Origin: Eledone cirrhosa
Taxonomy: Eukaryota
Assembly (NCBI GenBank): GCA_964016885.1
Contig: OZ024743.1
Location: forward strand, 166,160,001-166,224,000
Length of the DNA: 64,000 nt
Direction of reading: 5' to 3'
Shown: positions 24,966 to 36,692 of the stretch, one piece after another
How positions within the stretch are numbered: the first letter of the stretch is position 1
Layout: each line of letters begins with the position of its first letter
Notes under the pieces: generated by a model
Database searches by the model: none
Told to the model about the DNA's origin: nothing
The model's input: only the letters and a program-made list of their open reading frames with translations
Translations under genes and position numbers: made by a program

Positions 24966-25099
24966 TAGATTATGTTATAAAACACTTGCCCACGGTGAAC
25001 TTGAGGTTGCAATGTGAAATCCTTAACCACATGACTTACGTCTGTTTCTACAGAGACATTATAATGATAGAAAGTGAAATAACTCTAATGTAACCATTT

Positions 25100-25550
25100 A
25101 TGTAAAGTGGCAGTGCTTGCTGGTGATACAATAAAATGCACTTAAATACACTCTGTAAAGTAGTAGTGCTAGTGGCACAATAAAATGTTCCCAGTACAAT
25201 CTGTAAAGCAGTAGTGCTGGTGTCACAATAAAATTCACCCAGTACACTATGTAAAGTGGTAGTGCTAATAACACAATAAAATGCATCCAGTACACTATGT
25301 AAAGTGGTAGTGCTGGTGACACAATAAAATGCACCCAGTACATTCTGTAAAGTGTTAGTGTTGGTGCCACAATAAAATTCACCCAGTACACTCTGTAAAG
25401 TGGTTCGAGTTAAGAAGGGCATTAGCCATCAAAACCATGTCAAATAAGGAACATAAGATTTGCTTTTTCCCAGCCTGTCTAGTCACCAACTGTGATGACC
25501 CGTCTAATCCATACTAGCATGGAAAGTGGACATAAAATGATGATAATGAT
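25100..25550 (+). repeat. ~47-48 bp tandem array (about 6 units) plus RTE/SINE 3' tail with (GAT)n
   Basis: Unit acaataaaatgcacccagtacactctgtaaagtggtagtgctggtgtc, followed by aagaagggcattagcc and gcatggaaagtggacataaaatgatgat. Confidence 0.9.
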
Positions 25551-27249
25551 GTGTAAAATCACGGAATATCATTGAGGATTGCTTTAATATATCGTGACTT
25601 TAACAAAAAAGCATAGGTTCAACTCCCAGTGGGTACTCACACTTGTATATCTGTTTATACCCATGCTTTATTTAATATATTTGGTACTAATCTAACCGTC
25701 TCTGGTTCTATGAAACAAAACCATTCATTTAAAGGATTCCCATATAAATTAAAATCTTCCATGATGTTAAGTTACTATCTTAGTAATGAAATATAAATTT
25801 TTGAAATCCCTCAAAATTCTTTATTCACCCTTTCATTACAATATTTCCAATGGAAGACACTTCCTATAATCTTCAATTAATTTTGAAAATAATCTTTGAG
25901 CAATTTAGTAATATAACTTTTCCATCATTAAATTGATGTTTGGAACACAAAGGTTCTTACATGAAATTAAGATGGAAGGCATTTAGACAAACAAACACTT
26001 TAAAAGAAATATTTTTGTATTGTAGAACCAGGAGCAGTTTGGTATCAAAACGGTTAAATAATTGAAATAGAGTGTATTTCATTCGATGTACGTTGACAAA
26101 ACGGTTAAATATAACCATGTATTCTCAGATTAATCCTAAAATGTTAATACAAAAATTATACTAGAAATAATTGTTTCTACTTTTTGGCACAAGGCCAGCA
26201 ATTATCCAGTACATTACTGGTACTTTATTTTATCGACTAGAAATAATGTCACTTATACTGGGTTAAAAAATACGATCTTTTTCAACAATCACCATTCTCA
26301 TTTGCTTTAATGTGTATATTCCAGGTAACTGACAGATTGAAAAACCAGTTGATATATATATAAAATTAACACTTATTACAATATGAAATATATTAATGAT
26401 ATTAATATCATATAATATCAATATGGTGTAATCATATAATATCAATTTAACAATTCATGCTTACGCAAATTAAAAAAAAATTAATAACCAATGCAAAATT
26501 TGAACTTTTAGCAACCAACTGTATTTACAGATATTTTTCTGTGTCTGAATTTCCCTATATTTCCTATGAACTTCATAATCTGTTTTTATTTTAAAAAAAA
26601 AAGACATTCCTGACAAGGGAAGTAATCCAAGTTGAGTTGATGTGCAAGTACAAGGGAAGTAGGTAGCTTGTGTAATTAATGGTAATCTTGAAGGCTCGCC
26701 ATCGTTATTGTTGATGAGGGTGATGGAAGAAACACTGACGAGTTGAAAGAAAAACTGAGTATAAGAGGCATCATATGTAGTATGTTAGCTCTGGTACACA
26801 CGTGATGCATACAGAAGATGATCATTGGGTGAAAAAGTACCAGGGCTTCCAATTAGAAAGCAGCCAAGGAAGACCAAGGACTAACTTGGAAGAAGTGATG
26901 AGAGCTGAATTTGACAGAAGAGATGAGGAAGGAACACAGCATGTGCAAGGAAGCAGTGCTGAAGAGGACCCATCTAACTCATGCAAGCATGAAAAAGTGG
27001 ATGTAAAACTGATCTTCTTACGGATATCTAGGAGTACATCATCCAATGTAAGAGGGAAATTTGGCTGCTATTTTTAGCAGGTTGAGAAACTACACAGAAG
27101 CCCTTCTATTGACTCAAGTTAGTAGCAATAGGTGCTGTTACGTTACACTTCATCCACTACAGTTATTATTGGTAGTACTTACAACTACAGCATATAAATT
27201 TGTATAATATATGGTCATTATCCTTTAAACAGATTGGAACAATGTCACA

Positions 27250-27412
27250 GGTGCAAGCATAGTTGTGTGGCTCAGGAGTTTGCTTCACAACCACACGATT
27301 TCAAGTTCCATCCCACAATGTGGCACCTTGGACATGTGTCTTCTACTATAACCTCAAGTTGACCAATGCTTCATGAGTGAAATTTGGTAAATCGAAGCTG
27401 CACAAATCTATC
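27250..27412 (+). mobile_element. Second tRNA-derived SINE family
   Basis: gttgtgtggctcaggagtttgcttc...caagttccatcccac..tggcaccttggacatgtgtcttctactata. A related minus-strand copy lies at about 32060-32380. Confidence 0.65.
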
Positions 27413-27419
27413 ATGTTTA

Positions 27420-27755
27420 TATCATCATCATCACCTTCTAACATCTATTTTTCATGCCTAGATGGGTTAGATGGGTTGTCACGTCTGAAACTAGGCAGAT
27501 CAAGTGATTACTTGCTCATATGCTTTTGGTTTGGTTTCGACAGCTAGACCCTTTCTGATGCCAAGCTCTTTACAGTGACTGGGAGTATTTTATCATAACT
27601 CCAGCACTACAACCTTACATGTTGGACTCAGTGCTTTTTGTTGTGGCACCATCACTACCACCTTACAGGGTAGATTGAGCATTTTTTTATCATGGCACCA
27701 GCACTACCACCTAACAGAGTGAGCTGGGTGTATTTTATCGTGGCACCAGCACTAC
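27420..27755 (-). repeat. RTE/SINE tail with about 4 diverged tandem units
   Basis: Reverse complement of the 25100-25550 unit; (CAT)n at 27422. Confidence 0.75.
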
Positions 27756-28319
27756 CTCATTACAACACTAGGGTGCTTATTGTCCTTAGCCAGGCTGTTG
27801 AGGCAGTGGTGGGAGTGATAGTATAAAACGAGAGGGTGAGGACAAGCTACATGCTGCTTGCCAAAAAAGGGAGTCATCCCATGGGAGAGCAGATGTTGGC
27901 TTGTGGAGGTGGCCTTAAAGAGAGTGAGTTGAATCGGGCAGTATACTGTGGGGTGAGCCCAGCTTTCCTTGCTGGCAGGGGTTGGACAAAGAAGGTGAAT
28001 TGATGATGGTGGTGGAAGTATAAAGCATATCTTTCTTCCACACTTGCATAAGTTTGACAAGGAAGATGAATCGGGGATGAGAGTGAGAGTAGAAAGCACA
28101 TCCTTCTTCCGTGCTGGCATGGGTTGGATAAGGAAGGTAAATTGGGGATGAGGATGGGAGCAGCGAGCACATCTTTTTTCTATGCTGGAGGGTGAGTCAG
28201 CAATGTGGATAAGCAGGAGGGAGAAGCACAATGTAGGAGGAGGAGCAATTCAGAACACCATCCACCTTTAGTCCTCATATACAAACTACTTAATTTTCAC
28301 TTCTCATCTTGCAGAGTAT

Positions 28320-28800
28320 ATAGGTGTCTGGTTTCTCTCCTAGCTTCTTGGTATTGTTCTCAGCTTTCATCCTTTTGCCAGTCTTTCCATGCCTGTCTTT
28401 TAGCTTTAATTGCTTCACCTACCCTACTATTCCACCACCATATTACCTGCGACCTTCCTGGCTTTAATTCTAGTCATTAAGTACTAGGTTATGTTTGGAG
28501 ATGCACTCCTCACTACTGAGCGACTTTGTGTTTGCAACCAACAATCTATCTTGACATCTGCAGAAAATAAAATCTATCTTGCTTGTTTGCTTGCCAGGCA
28601 TATAGGCAATCGAGTGGCCGACTATAGTTTTCTGAAGTTAATGTTGCAGATAGTTAGACATAAGCATTGCAGAATTTCAGGAGCCTTGATCCCTCCTCAT
28701 TTCTTGTACAGAACTTAAAGCCTCTGTGTATACCATAGAATCCAGCACAGCATTGCCCAACATGTTCAGTAAAATTGCCTTCTGTAATTATGAAGTCACT
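28320..28800 (-). mobile_element. Decayed RTE endonuclease-region fragment
   Basis: Similar to 12800-13500 (WWN and FCxANxLxIxNxNF regions). Confidence 0.65.
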
Positions 28801-28939
28801 CAATATATCTATATATGTTTGTGTGTGAATGTGAATCCACGTTTGTATTTATATCCTGTAACTTAGCAGTTGGACAAAAAGAGATCGATAAAATAAATAC
28901 TAGACTAAAAAAAAAATGTTAAATGTAAAGGATTATATT

Positions 28940-30572
28940 AATAGTATTCTGGCAGACCCTTTGCTGATTTCATAATAAGAAGCCCTCCTCCACACATACT
29001 ATCAAAAACGCATCTGGGGGGGGGGGGTCTCCTCTCTTCATAGAGATGCATCCTCGCGAGGTGGAGAGAATACTTTGCTGATCTCCTAAATCCAATCACA
29101 ACAGCATCTTCTGATGTAAACAAGGTGCATCGAGGAGGGATGACTAATCTCACAGAGGCTGAGGTCACAAGAGCAGTTAAATAGCTCAAATGTGGCAAAG
29201 CTGCTGAGGAAGATGAAATCCAGCCTGAGATGTTAAAAGCCTTAAATAGCAAAGGTATTCTCTGGCTGACTTGTGCGTGCCAGGTGGCCTGGATCTCTGG
29301 AAAGGCACATAAGCAATGGCAATTGGGAGTGATAATCCAAATTTTCGAAAAGGGAGACAAGAGAGATTGTTCCAATTACAGAGGAATCTCCTTGTTAAGC
29401 CTCCTTGGTAAAGTCTATGCTAAGTGTCTGGAAAGAGATGCAGGGAGATTGTCAACACAACACAGCTGACCAAATATTCACACTGCAGCAGGTATTCGAG
29501 AAATTATGAGAGTATTGCCAAGAAGTATATTCTTGTTTTGTCGACCTGGAATAGGCATATGATCGTATTCCTCAGGACCTGCTGTGAAAATTTTGCAGCG
29601 TATGGGATTGATGGCCAGCTTCTTGTTGCCCTGATGTCTCTATATGAATGCCTAAGTATTTGTGTTCAGATAATTAGTGTTAAATCGAAACTATTCAATG
29701 TAGGAGTCAGATTCTGTCAAGGGTGTGTACTGTCACCTCTCCTGTTTATTATTTACATGAACGGAATTTTTATACGCAGCTGGGTTAGAAGTGGTATCAT
29801 GACTGGCAGGTGTAAAATCAGTCAGATGGAATTTGCAGACTATATGGTGTTAATTAACAGGTTTAATGCCAAGTGCTGCATGGCTGGAATGAAAATCAGT
29901 GCTGTGAAGACTGAGACACTCGTCCTCTCAAGGAAGCCTGTACAGTGCACGCTACTGAAGCAGGTGAAGAAGTTTAAGTATCTCAAGGCCATGTTTACGA
30001 ATGAGGCTGAATTAAGTGCAAGATTTGCAAAAGCTGGTGCAGTAATGTGCCAGCTACAGTATTCAGTAATCAGAAGAAGGGAAGTAGGCATAAAAGCCAA
30101 ACTTGCTATCTTCAATTCAATTTTCGCGCCAACCCTTATCTGTGGTCATGAATCTTGGGTAATGACCGAAAGAATATGATCGCGAATACAAACGGCCAAA
30201 ATGGGATTCCTCCAAAGGGTCTTTGGAGTAACATTACTTGACAAAGTGCCTAACTCGGAGATCAGAGAGTCACTCCAGGTAGAGTCACTACTTCTCCAAA
30301 TTGAGAGATCACAGCTCTGATACTATGGGCATGTGGTTAGAATATCTCAGGAAAGAATCGCTGGACAGATTTTACGAGCAAACCAACCGGCAGGAGACCC
30401 AGTGGTAGTCCCTGAGCAAGATGGTTGGATAACATCCATGAGCTTGGCTGGTCACGCTTGAGGATCCAGCCAGATCAGTTGGAGACGGTTGCTTCTGACA
30501 GGACCTGCTGGAAGGAGTGTTTGAGGACTCTGCCCCCCTGACTCTCTCAAGAATAAATAGTGAAGAAGAAGT
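28940..30572 (+). mobile_element. RTE/BovB-Expander-like LINE, 5'-truncated, (GAA)n tail
   Basis: KGDKRDCSNYRGISLLSLLGKVYAKCLE, QGCVLSPLLF, EFAD. Ends about 16 bp from the ZnT9 exon boundary at 30588. Confidence 0.9.
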
Positions 30573-30587
30573 AGAGTTTATACTTAC

Positions 30588-30658
30588 ATAAATATGGCTG
30601 ATATGACAACTCTAGCCGAACTAGATTTCCAAAGCTTCTCTGGTTGTGGTCCTGGAGT
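30588..30658 (-). CDS. SLC30A9: ZnT9 coding exon (TPGPQPEKLWKSSSARVVISAIF)
   Basis: ttatag| and |gtaagt; 71 nt; leads into TM1 (cf. GKVVMVAICI). Confidence 0.88.
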
Positions 30659-31335
30659 CTATAACCAATCAATAAATGAATCAATCAGTTAATAAATAAT
30701 GCTAATTGGGGAACTGAAAGATCATGACTCCCACCTAGTTGATTCTCATCAACTTCAACATCCTATAATGATTTATTAAAAAATATCTAAAATGGGTTTG
30801 TGAATTCAAATGTTTATAGTGTTTTTACTAATGGATAGATTATTGTGAAAATTTGCAGTATTAGAGGAAAGACTTTAAAATTTTAATGTTAAGTAGTCAG
30901 TGCTGTTTTGTACTTTTTCATGTATGCATACACAGCTGAAAAAAAATGAGTACCAGCAAAAGCAGGGGGTTTAACCCTGCAATGGACTGGCATCCTGTGC
31001 ATTTCTGTGTTTATTATGTCAGTTCTCAAGGATCATATGATTAATCAAGAGTTGATCTTTACAACCATATGAACCTCATCGGCACCCTTGTTCAATGCGG
31101 AAAAGATTGTTCTCCTCCATAAACACGTATGATTTCTCTATGAGAATAGAGGTTAATAGATTATAAGTGGTGGACAAGCAGGTTATGAGCCAATAGTTTT
31201 TTTAATCCTTAGTTTCATTGTTCTTTGGAAGAAGAAGAAGGAGGGGGAGGAGGAGAAGGAGAAGGAGGGGGGAGAAGGAGAAGAAGAAGAAGAAGAAGGG
31301 GGGGGGGCAGATTTTTCAAATGTCATAAGGATTAC

Positions 31336-31433
31336 CTGCTGTTCTTCTTGCTCTTCAGCAAGTTCAAATTTTTTAGAATCACCTGATTGCTTTTTATAAT
31401 TTTCAATTGCTGCCTTCAGCTGGAACAAGTCCA
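31336..31433 (-). CDS. SLC30A9: ZnT9 coding exon (DLFQLKAAIENYKKQSGDSKKFELAEEQEEQQ)
   Basis: tttatag| and cag|gtaatc; 98 nt; phase-compatible; corresponds to the 'LFRNQKILREY' linker. Confidence 0.82.
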
Positions 31434-32525
31434 CTATAAAAAAAATATTATTATTATTATAAATATAAACTAAAAAATATGCAAAATTTGAAGAGATGAA
31501 GAGTTTTGCAAAACATGCAAAATTTGAAAAGATGAAGAGTTTCTAATATATCGACTCTTTTGTTAACATATTTCAAATAATTTTGAAAATAATCAAGTAT
31601 TTACAGGTATTTAGTAATGTAACTAATTTTCTCATTTAGCTGATGCTACATGAAATTGATTTTGAAATAATTTAAAATAATTTTGAAAATAATTAAGTAT
31701 TTGGAGGGATTTAGTAGTATAAATAACTATTTAATTATTAAGCTAGTGCTTGAAACATAACTTAAAGATTCTTAAATAAAATTATTATAATGAAAGTGTT
31801 TTAGATAAACACTTTACAATAAGTAGTTATGTATCATAGAACCAGGGTTATTTTAGGTGATTTGGTATCAAAAAGGTTAATAATATATACAATTTGTTGC
31901 CTGTATAAACACAATGTCAATACTTGTAGGAAAGGTATAATTCATTGAATCAGCCTCAGTATATTACAATGTATCCACCTTATTCATCTTTACTGATTTT
32001 CTTTTATTTGTTTGCTTTTTAATCAGAACAGTAATATATTAAATGCGTTATTCCTTTGTCGTTGTTGGTGATTAGTGTTCCAGTTGTTAAATCAATGGAA
32101 CAACTTGCCCATGAAATTAACATGTAAGTGACTGAGCATTCCAGACATGTGTAACTTGAACATAATTCTCAGGAAGAATCAGCATGACACTGTGTGACAA
32201 GGTTGATACTTTGAGTTACAGGTACAAGCCATCTTACAAGTTTCCAAACAGCTTTTACATTTACCCAGATTCAATCACAAAGCTATGGTAGATAACACTT
32301 GCCCCAGATGCCTTGCAGTGGAATTGAACCCAGGACCTTTTGATTGCAAAGCAAACACCTTAGTTATTCAGCCATGCTGCATCCATCAATGTACTTAAAC
32401 AGATACAGTAAAACATCTAATCTGGTGTACTACAGTGTTCATAAAAAATGGCAACGTTTCTTTGTTACATAAATATTTCAAAGACCCTGCAAATAACTTT
32501 GAAAGACAAAACAAACATCACTCAC

Positions 32526-32611
32526 AGCGGCCAAATCGAGCTCGTTCCATTTGAATAATTTTCTGTTTTTCTTTTGTAATATTTGACAAAGAACTCCACT
32601 TTTTGATGGCT
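32526..32611 (-). CDS. SLC30A9: ZnT9 coding exon (AIKKWSSLSNITKEKQKIIQMERARFGR)
   Basis: ttccag| and |gtgagt; 86 nt; phase matches both neighbours (2 in, 1 out). Aligns to the ZnT9 'VWGSPEALAREK' region. Confidence 0.85.
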
Positions 32612-32779
32612 CTGGAATATTCAGACAATTCATATATATAGATACTAGATCACCCATGCCCCGCTGTGTCATGTTCACTTAAAAATATTTTAAAATCATG
32701 TTCACTTAAAAATAATTTTTACATAATTAAAATATACAGACACGAAATATAATGTAAAATGAAATTGGAAGGCATATAT

Positions 32780-35172
32780 ATATATAAACAAATAATAAAA
32801 AGGAAAAAAATTCAGTAGAAAATGCTGGAGGGATTTTTTCAGTATAATATCAAAACATTCATTTATAAAGTAGGTATTTCCGCATTTAATAGTGATACCA
32901 GTTTCAGCATTATATGCTTTTTCAACGGCGGATGTGCAAAGTGCAGTTAACTCCCAAAACACTTAATAATGAACATACCCTACTAGTGTCTTTCAATGTA
33001 ATCAACCTTTATTCCAATATCCCACACAACCTAGGAATAGAGACAATCCAATTTTGGTTAGAAAATTACCCCAATGAACTACCACACCGCATCATAAAAA
33101 ATTCATAATAGAAGGGTTCAAATTTATCTTGGAGAATAACTACTTCGAATTCGATGCCAAATTCTACAGATAGAAATCCAGCATTGCCATGGGCATGAAA
33201 ACGCCAACCTTGTTATGGGATACTTGGAAATCACCCTCTACCGAAAAGTACTAGATAAATATGGAAACCCCTTCTACCTCCACATAGAAAATAACTGAAA
33301 GAGATATTTGGATGATTGTTTCGTCCTCTGGCATGAAAGTATGGAAAGTCTTATTGAATTTAAAACACTTCTAAATGGACTCAATACAAACATTCAATTT
33401 ACAATGGAATACAGCCATGAACAACTTCCTTTCCTCGACATCGTTATCAAGAAAACCAATAACAAAATAGAAACAGACATATACTATAAGCCCACAGATT
33501 CCAAACAGTATCTTCCATTCAACTCTTGCCACCCGAGACGCACTAAAAAGAACATTCCCTACAACCTAGCCAAAAGGATCTGCACAATAGTATCTGATAG
33601 AAACACCTGCTACATACGACTAGAAGAATTAAAGGACACACTTATTAGCAGGAATTACCCACCATCCCTAATCAACAATGGATTCCAACGTGCCCTAAAA
33701 CTCAACATCCAGGAACTTTGACACCCCAAACTGAAAGCTCTACCATACATCTCCACACACAACCTCCTTAACAATGAGGCCTTCGACACCATCCTCAAGA
33801 ACATACTTCAAACAAGGACAACACTTTACAGTTAAATACAATTTCACACGCGCACCAGAAAACTTGATTTATGTGTTGACTTGCTCAGGTTGTTGAGAGT
33901 ACTACATAGGACAGACTAAAAACAGTCTTCGCCAACGTATGACTGTCCATAGATCCCAAATTAAAATACGAGAATACAGAAAGATAGCACTGAATGAACA
34001 CATTGCGACCTGCGCATCTAATGAACAACCCAATTTCAGAATTTTTCCCCCTCTACAAATTTAAAGACGCTTCCTACATCCAGCACATTAGTAAGGAATC
34101 CCACTTTATCGCCAAATACGAACCCCTTCTAAATGCATCCACTTCAGACTAAACTACAGCTAACACACTTTAAAATTAACACCCTGGACAAATTAACCCT
34201 TTGGAAATGTATCCTTCTCCAAGATTCCAGCAACTTTTGACAACTATATAATGCAGATCAAGCAACCACATAGAAACACCCAAATCAGCTAGTTCTTGAG
34301 GACTTTCACGAAGATAATCGGATAAATAAGAGCATTAAGGTGTCAAACTAAATGATTTACAATATGTACGGCCCGGTACGTTTTAGCTTCGAATCCCGCC
34401 AATGTCATCCTTCTCTTTCATCCTTCATGGGCCTATAATATAGTAGGTAGCTTTCCTGTAATAGAATCAATGAAATCCCCTTTCTCCATTTACTAGTTCG
34501 TGCTGAAGATAGAATTAGTATTTCAGTAATTCTGAATCTTTTTTGTGGCAAAATTATAAAGTCTACATTGACTGTTTCTGAGATAAAACAATTTAAGAAT
34601 GCCAGTATTTCAGACAGGAGGAATACCAAGATAGATATTTTTAGAAACGATTACTTCCCCATAAAGTTATTCAACCATTCAAGCCAATCCCATGTCCAGC
34701 TAGCCTTTGTAGTCATTTTTGAAAGTGACTATCACCACAACATATTGCTACCATACCTACCTCCTGTCTTCTTCTTCTCTCCCTCACCCACTTCTCCCTT
34801 TCCTCCTATCCCCCCCCCCACTACTTCCAATCGAAACCAGCAGTCAGAACCAAAAATTTAAAACTACTACCACCTCTGTTAGCCAACTAACAGAGAATGA
34901 AGAATAACCTCGAACAGAGACATGAACTTTCCTCTAAATGTGTATGTAAAAACTAATAATTTTTCTTCCCCATTTTATTATTATTCGTATAAATATGCAA
35001 CTTAACTGCACTTTGCACATCCGCCGTTGAAAAAGCATATAATGCTGAAACTGGTATCACTATTAAATGCGGAAATACCTACTTTATAAATGAATGTTTT
35101 GATATTATACAGAAAAAATCCCTCCAGCATTTTCTACTGAATTTTTTCCTTTTTACTATTTGTTTATATATA
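32780..35172 (+). mobile_element. 5'-truncated Penelope-like element (RT and GIY-YIG) with an inverted pseudo-LTR
   Basis: LVSFNVINLYSNIPH, RYLDDCF, LPFLD, YYKPTD; NLIYVLTC...YIGQT...RQRMTVHR. Inverted repeat 32780-32950 / 35002-35172; (TA)n flanks. Confidence 0.92.
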
Positions 35173-35246
35173 TCAACTCGTCTGTCACTTTTCTACATTC
35201 CATATATATATGTGGGTGTATGTGTGTGTGCGTGTGTGTATATATG

Positions 35247-36692
35247 TGTGGCAGGGCTCTGTTCTTAGCCCCCTACTATTTATTATCGCCCTCCAGGCTA
35301 TAACAGTGAAGTTCAAGACCGGCTGCCCATGGGAACTCCTATACGCAGATGATCTAACGCTCATAGCTGAATCAATGGCCGAGCTAGAGAAGAAATTCCA
35401 AACATGGAAGCACGGCCTAGAATCAAAAGGCCTTAAAATTAACCTGGCTAAGACTAAAGTTCTAGTTTGTAAGAAAGAAAATAAGGTGGCGGTCCCCTCC
35501 GGGAAGTGGCCATGCGCAGAGTGTAGGAAAGGCGTTGGTAGAAATTCCATTTTGTGTCCCAAATGCAAAGTTTGGGTGCATAAAAGATGTAGTGGGATCA
35601 CAGGTAAGCTAACTAAGAACATAGATTTTACATGTGGCCGGTGTTCTGGGGCAATAAGTAGCAGCAAGTGCCCACAAAATACTAGCTCTTTCAACTGCGC
35701 AGAGGGTTCTATAGAAATAGTGGACAGCTTCCGTTACCTGGGTGACAAAATCAGCAGTGGGGGAGGTTGCTCTGAAAGTACAGTAGCTAGAGTCAGAACT
35801 GGGTGGAAAAAGTTCAGAGAGCTTATACCACTATTAGCCGCTAAAGGGTTCTCCCTAAAAATGAAAGGCAGGTTGTACGATGCCTGCATACGAACAGCAA
35901 TGTTGCATGGCAGTGAGACCTGGGCATTGTGTGCAGAGGATATACGCAGACTAGAGAGAAACGAAGCTTGCATGCTCCGCTGGATGTGTAATAGTAATAT
36001 ACGTGAACGACAAAGCATAAACGAACTAAGGAAAAAATTAGAAATAAGAGGGATCAGATGTTGTTTACTAGAGAGAAGGCTACGTTGGTATGATCACGTG
36101 ATGCGCATGAAGGACGATAGCTGTATAACAAAGTGCAGGGCAATAAAGATAGACGGTAGCCACGGAATAGGCAGACCCAGAAAAACCTGGGACGAGCTGA
36201 TAAACTCCGACCTCACACACTTACACCTCACCAAGACAATGTCACTGGACCGAGACCTTTGGCGGTACTCAGTAATATAGAAGACCCGCCTTACCTAAAT
36301 ACAAAGTAAAACCTACTACAGTCAGTAGGCATCTCTAACAAAATACACCCCCGTCCCACCACCCCCACCCCATCCACACCGCCCCCTTCTATGTAAAGTT
36401 ATGTTGGTGCCACACCATCCAGGCCGAAACAAATGAGATCGTGTAGGTGTCACGACAAAAAAACACACAGTCCACGCTGTAATGTGGTGTGTAGGCAACA
36501 CGGTAAAAACCTCCCAGAACCACACTGTAAATGTGGTTGGTGTTAGGAAGGGCATCCAACTGTAGAAAACCTGCCAGACAGTCCTATGCGAGCAAGACAA
36601 TCACTCTTGCCTCAAGTGGGAAAACCCCCGTCCAAACCCATGCAAGCGTGGAACACGGACGTTAAACGTTGATGATGATGATGATGATGATG
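35247..36692 (+). mobile_element. Young 5'-truncated RTE LINE with an open RT C-terminal half and (GAT)n tail
   Basis: Uninterrupted ORF to 36280 with QGSVLSP, YADD, a PHD-like Cys cluster and GRPRKTW; 3' UTR and gatgatgat tail. Confidence 0.95.

Noticed and set aside
22421-25410. CRISPR-like appearance of the ~48 bp arrays
   Set aside because: Units are fully repeated with no unique spacers, there are no cas genes, the context is a eukaryotic intron, and the arrays run into retroelement tails.
26250-26335. Possible minus-strand exon after a tcag acceptor
   Set aside because: All three frames hit stops, and the ZnT9 exon chain is already phase-complete across this interval.
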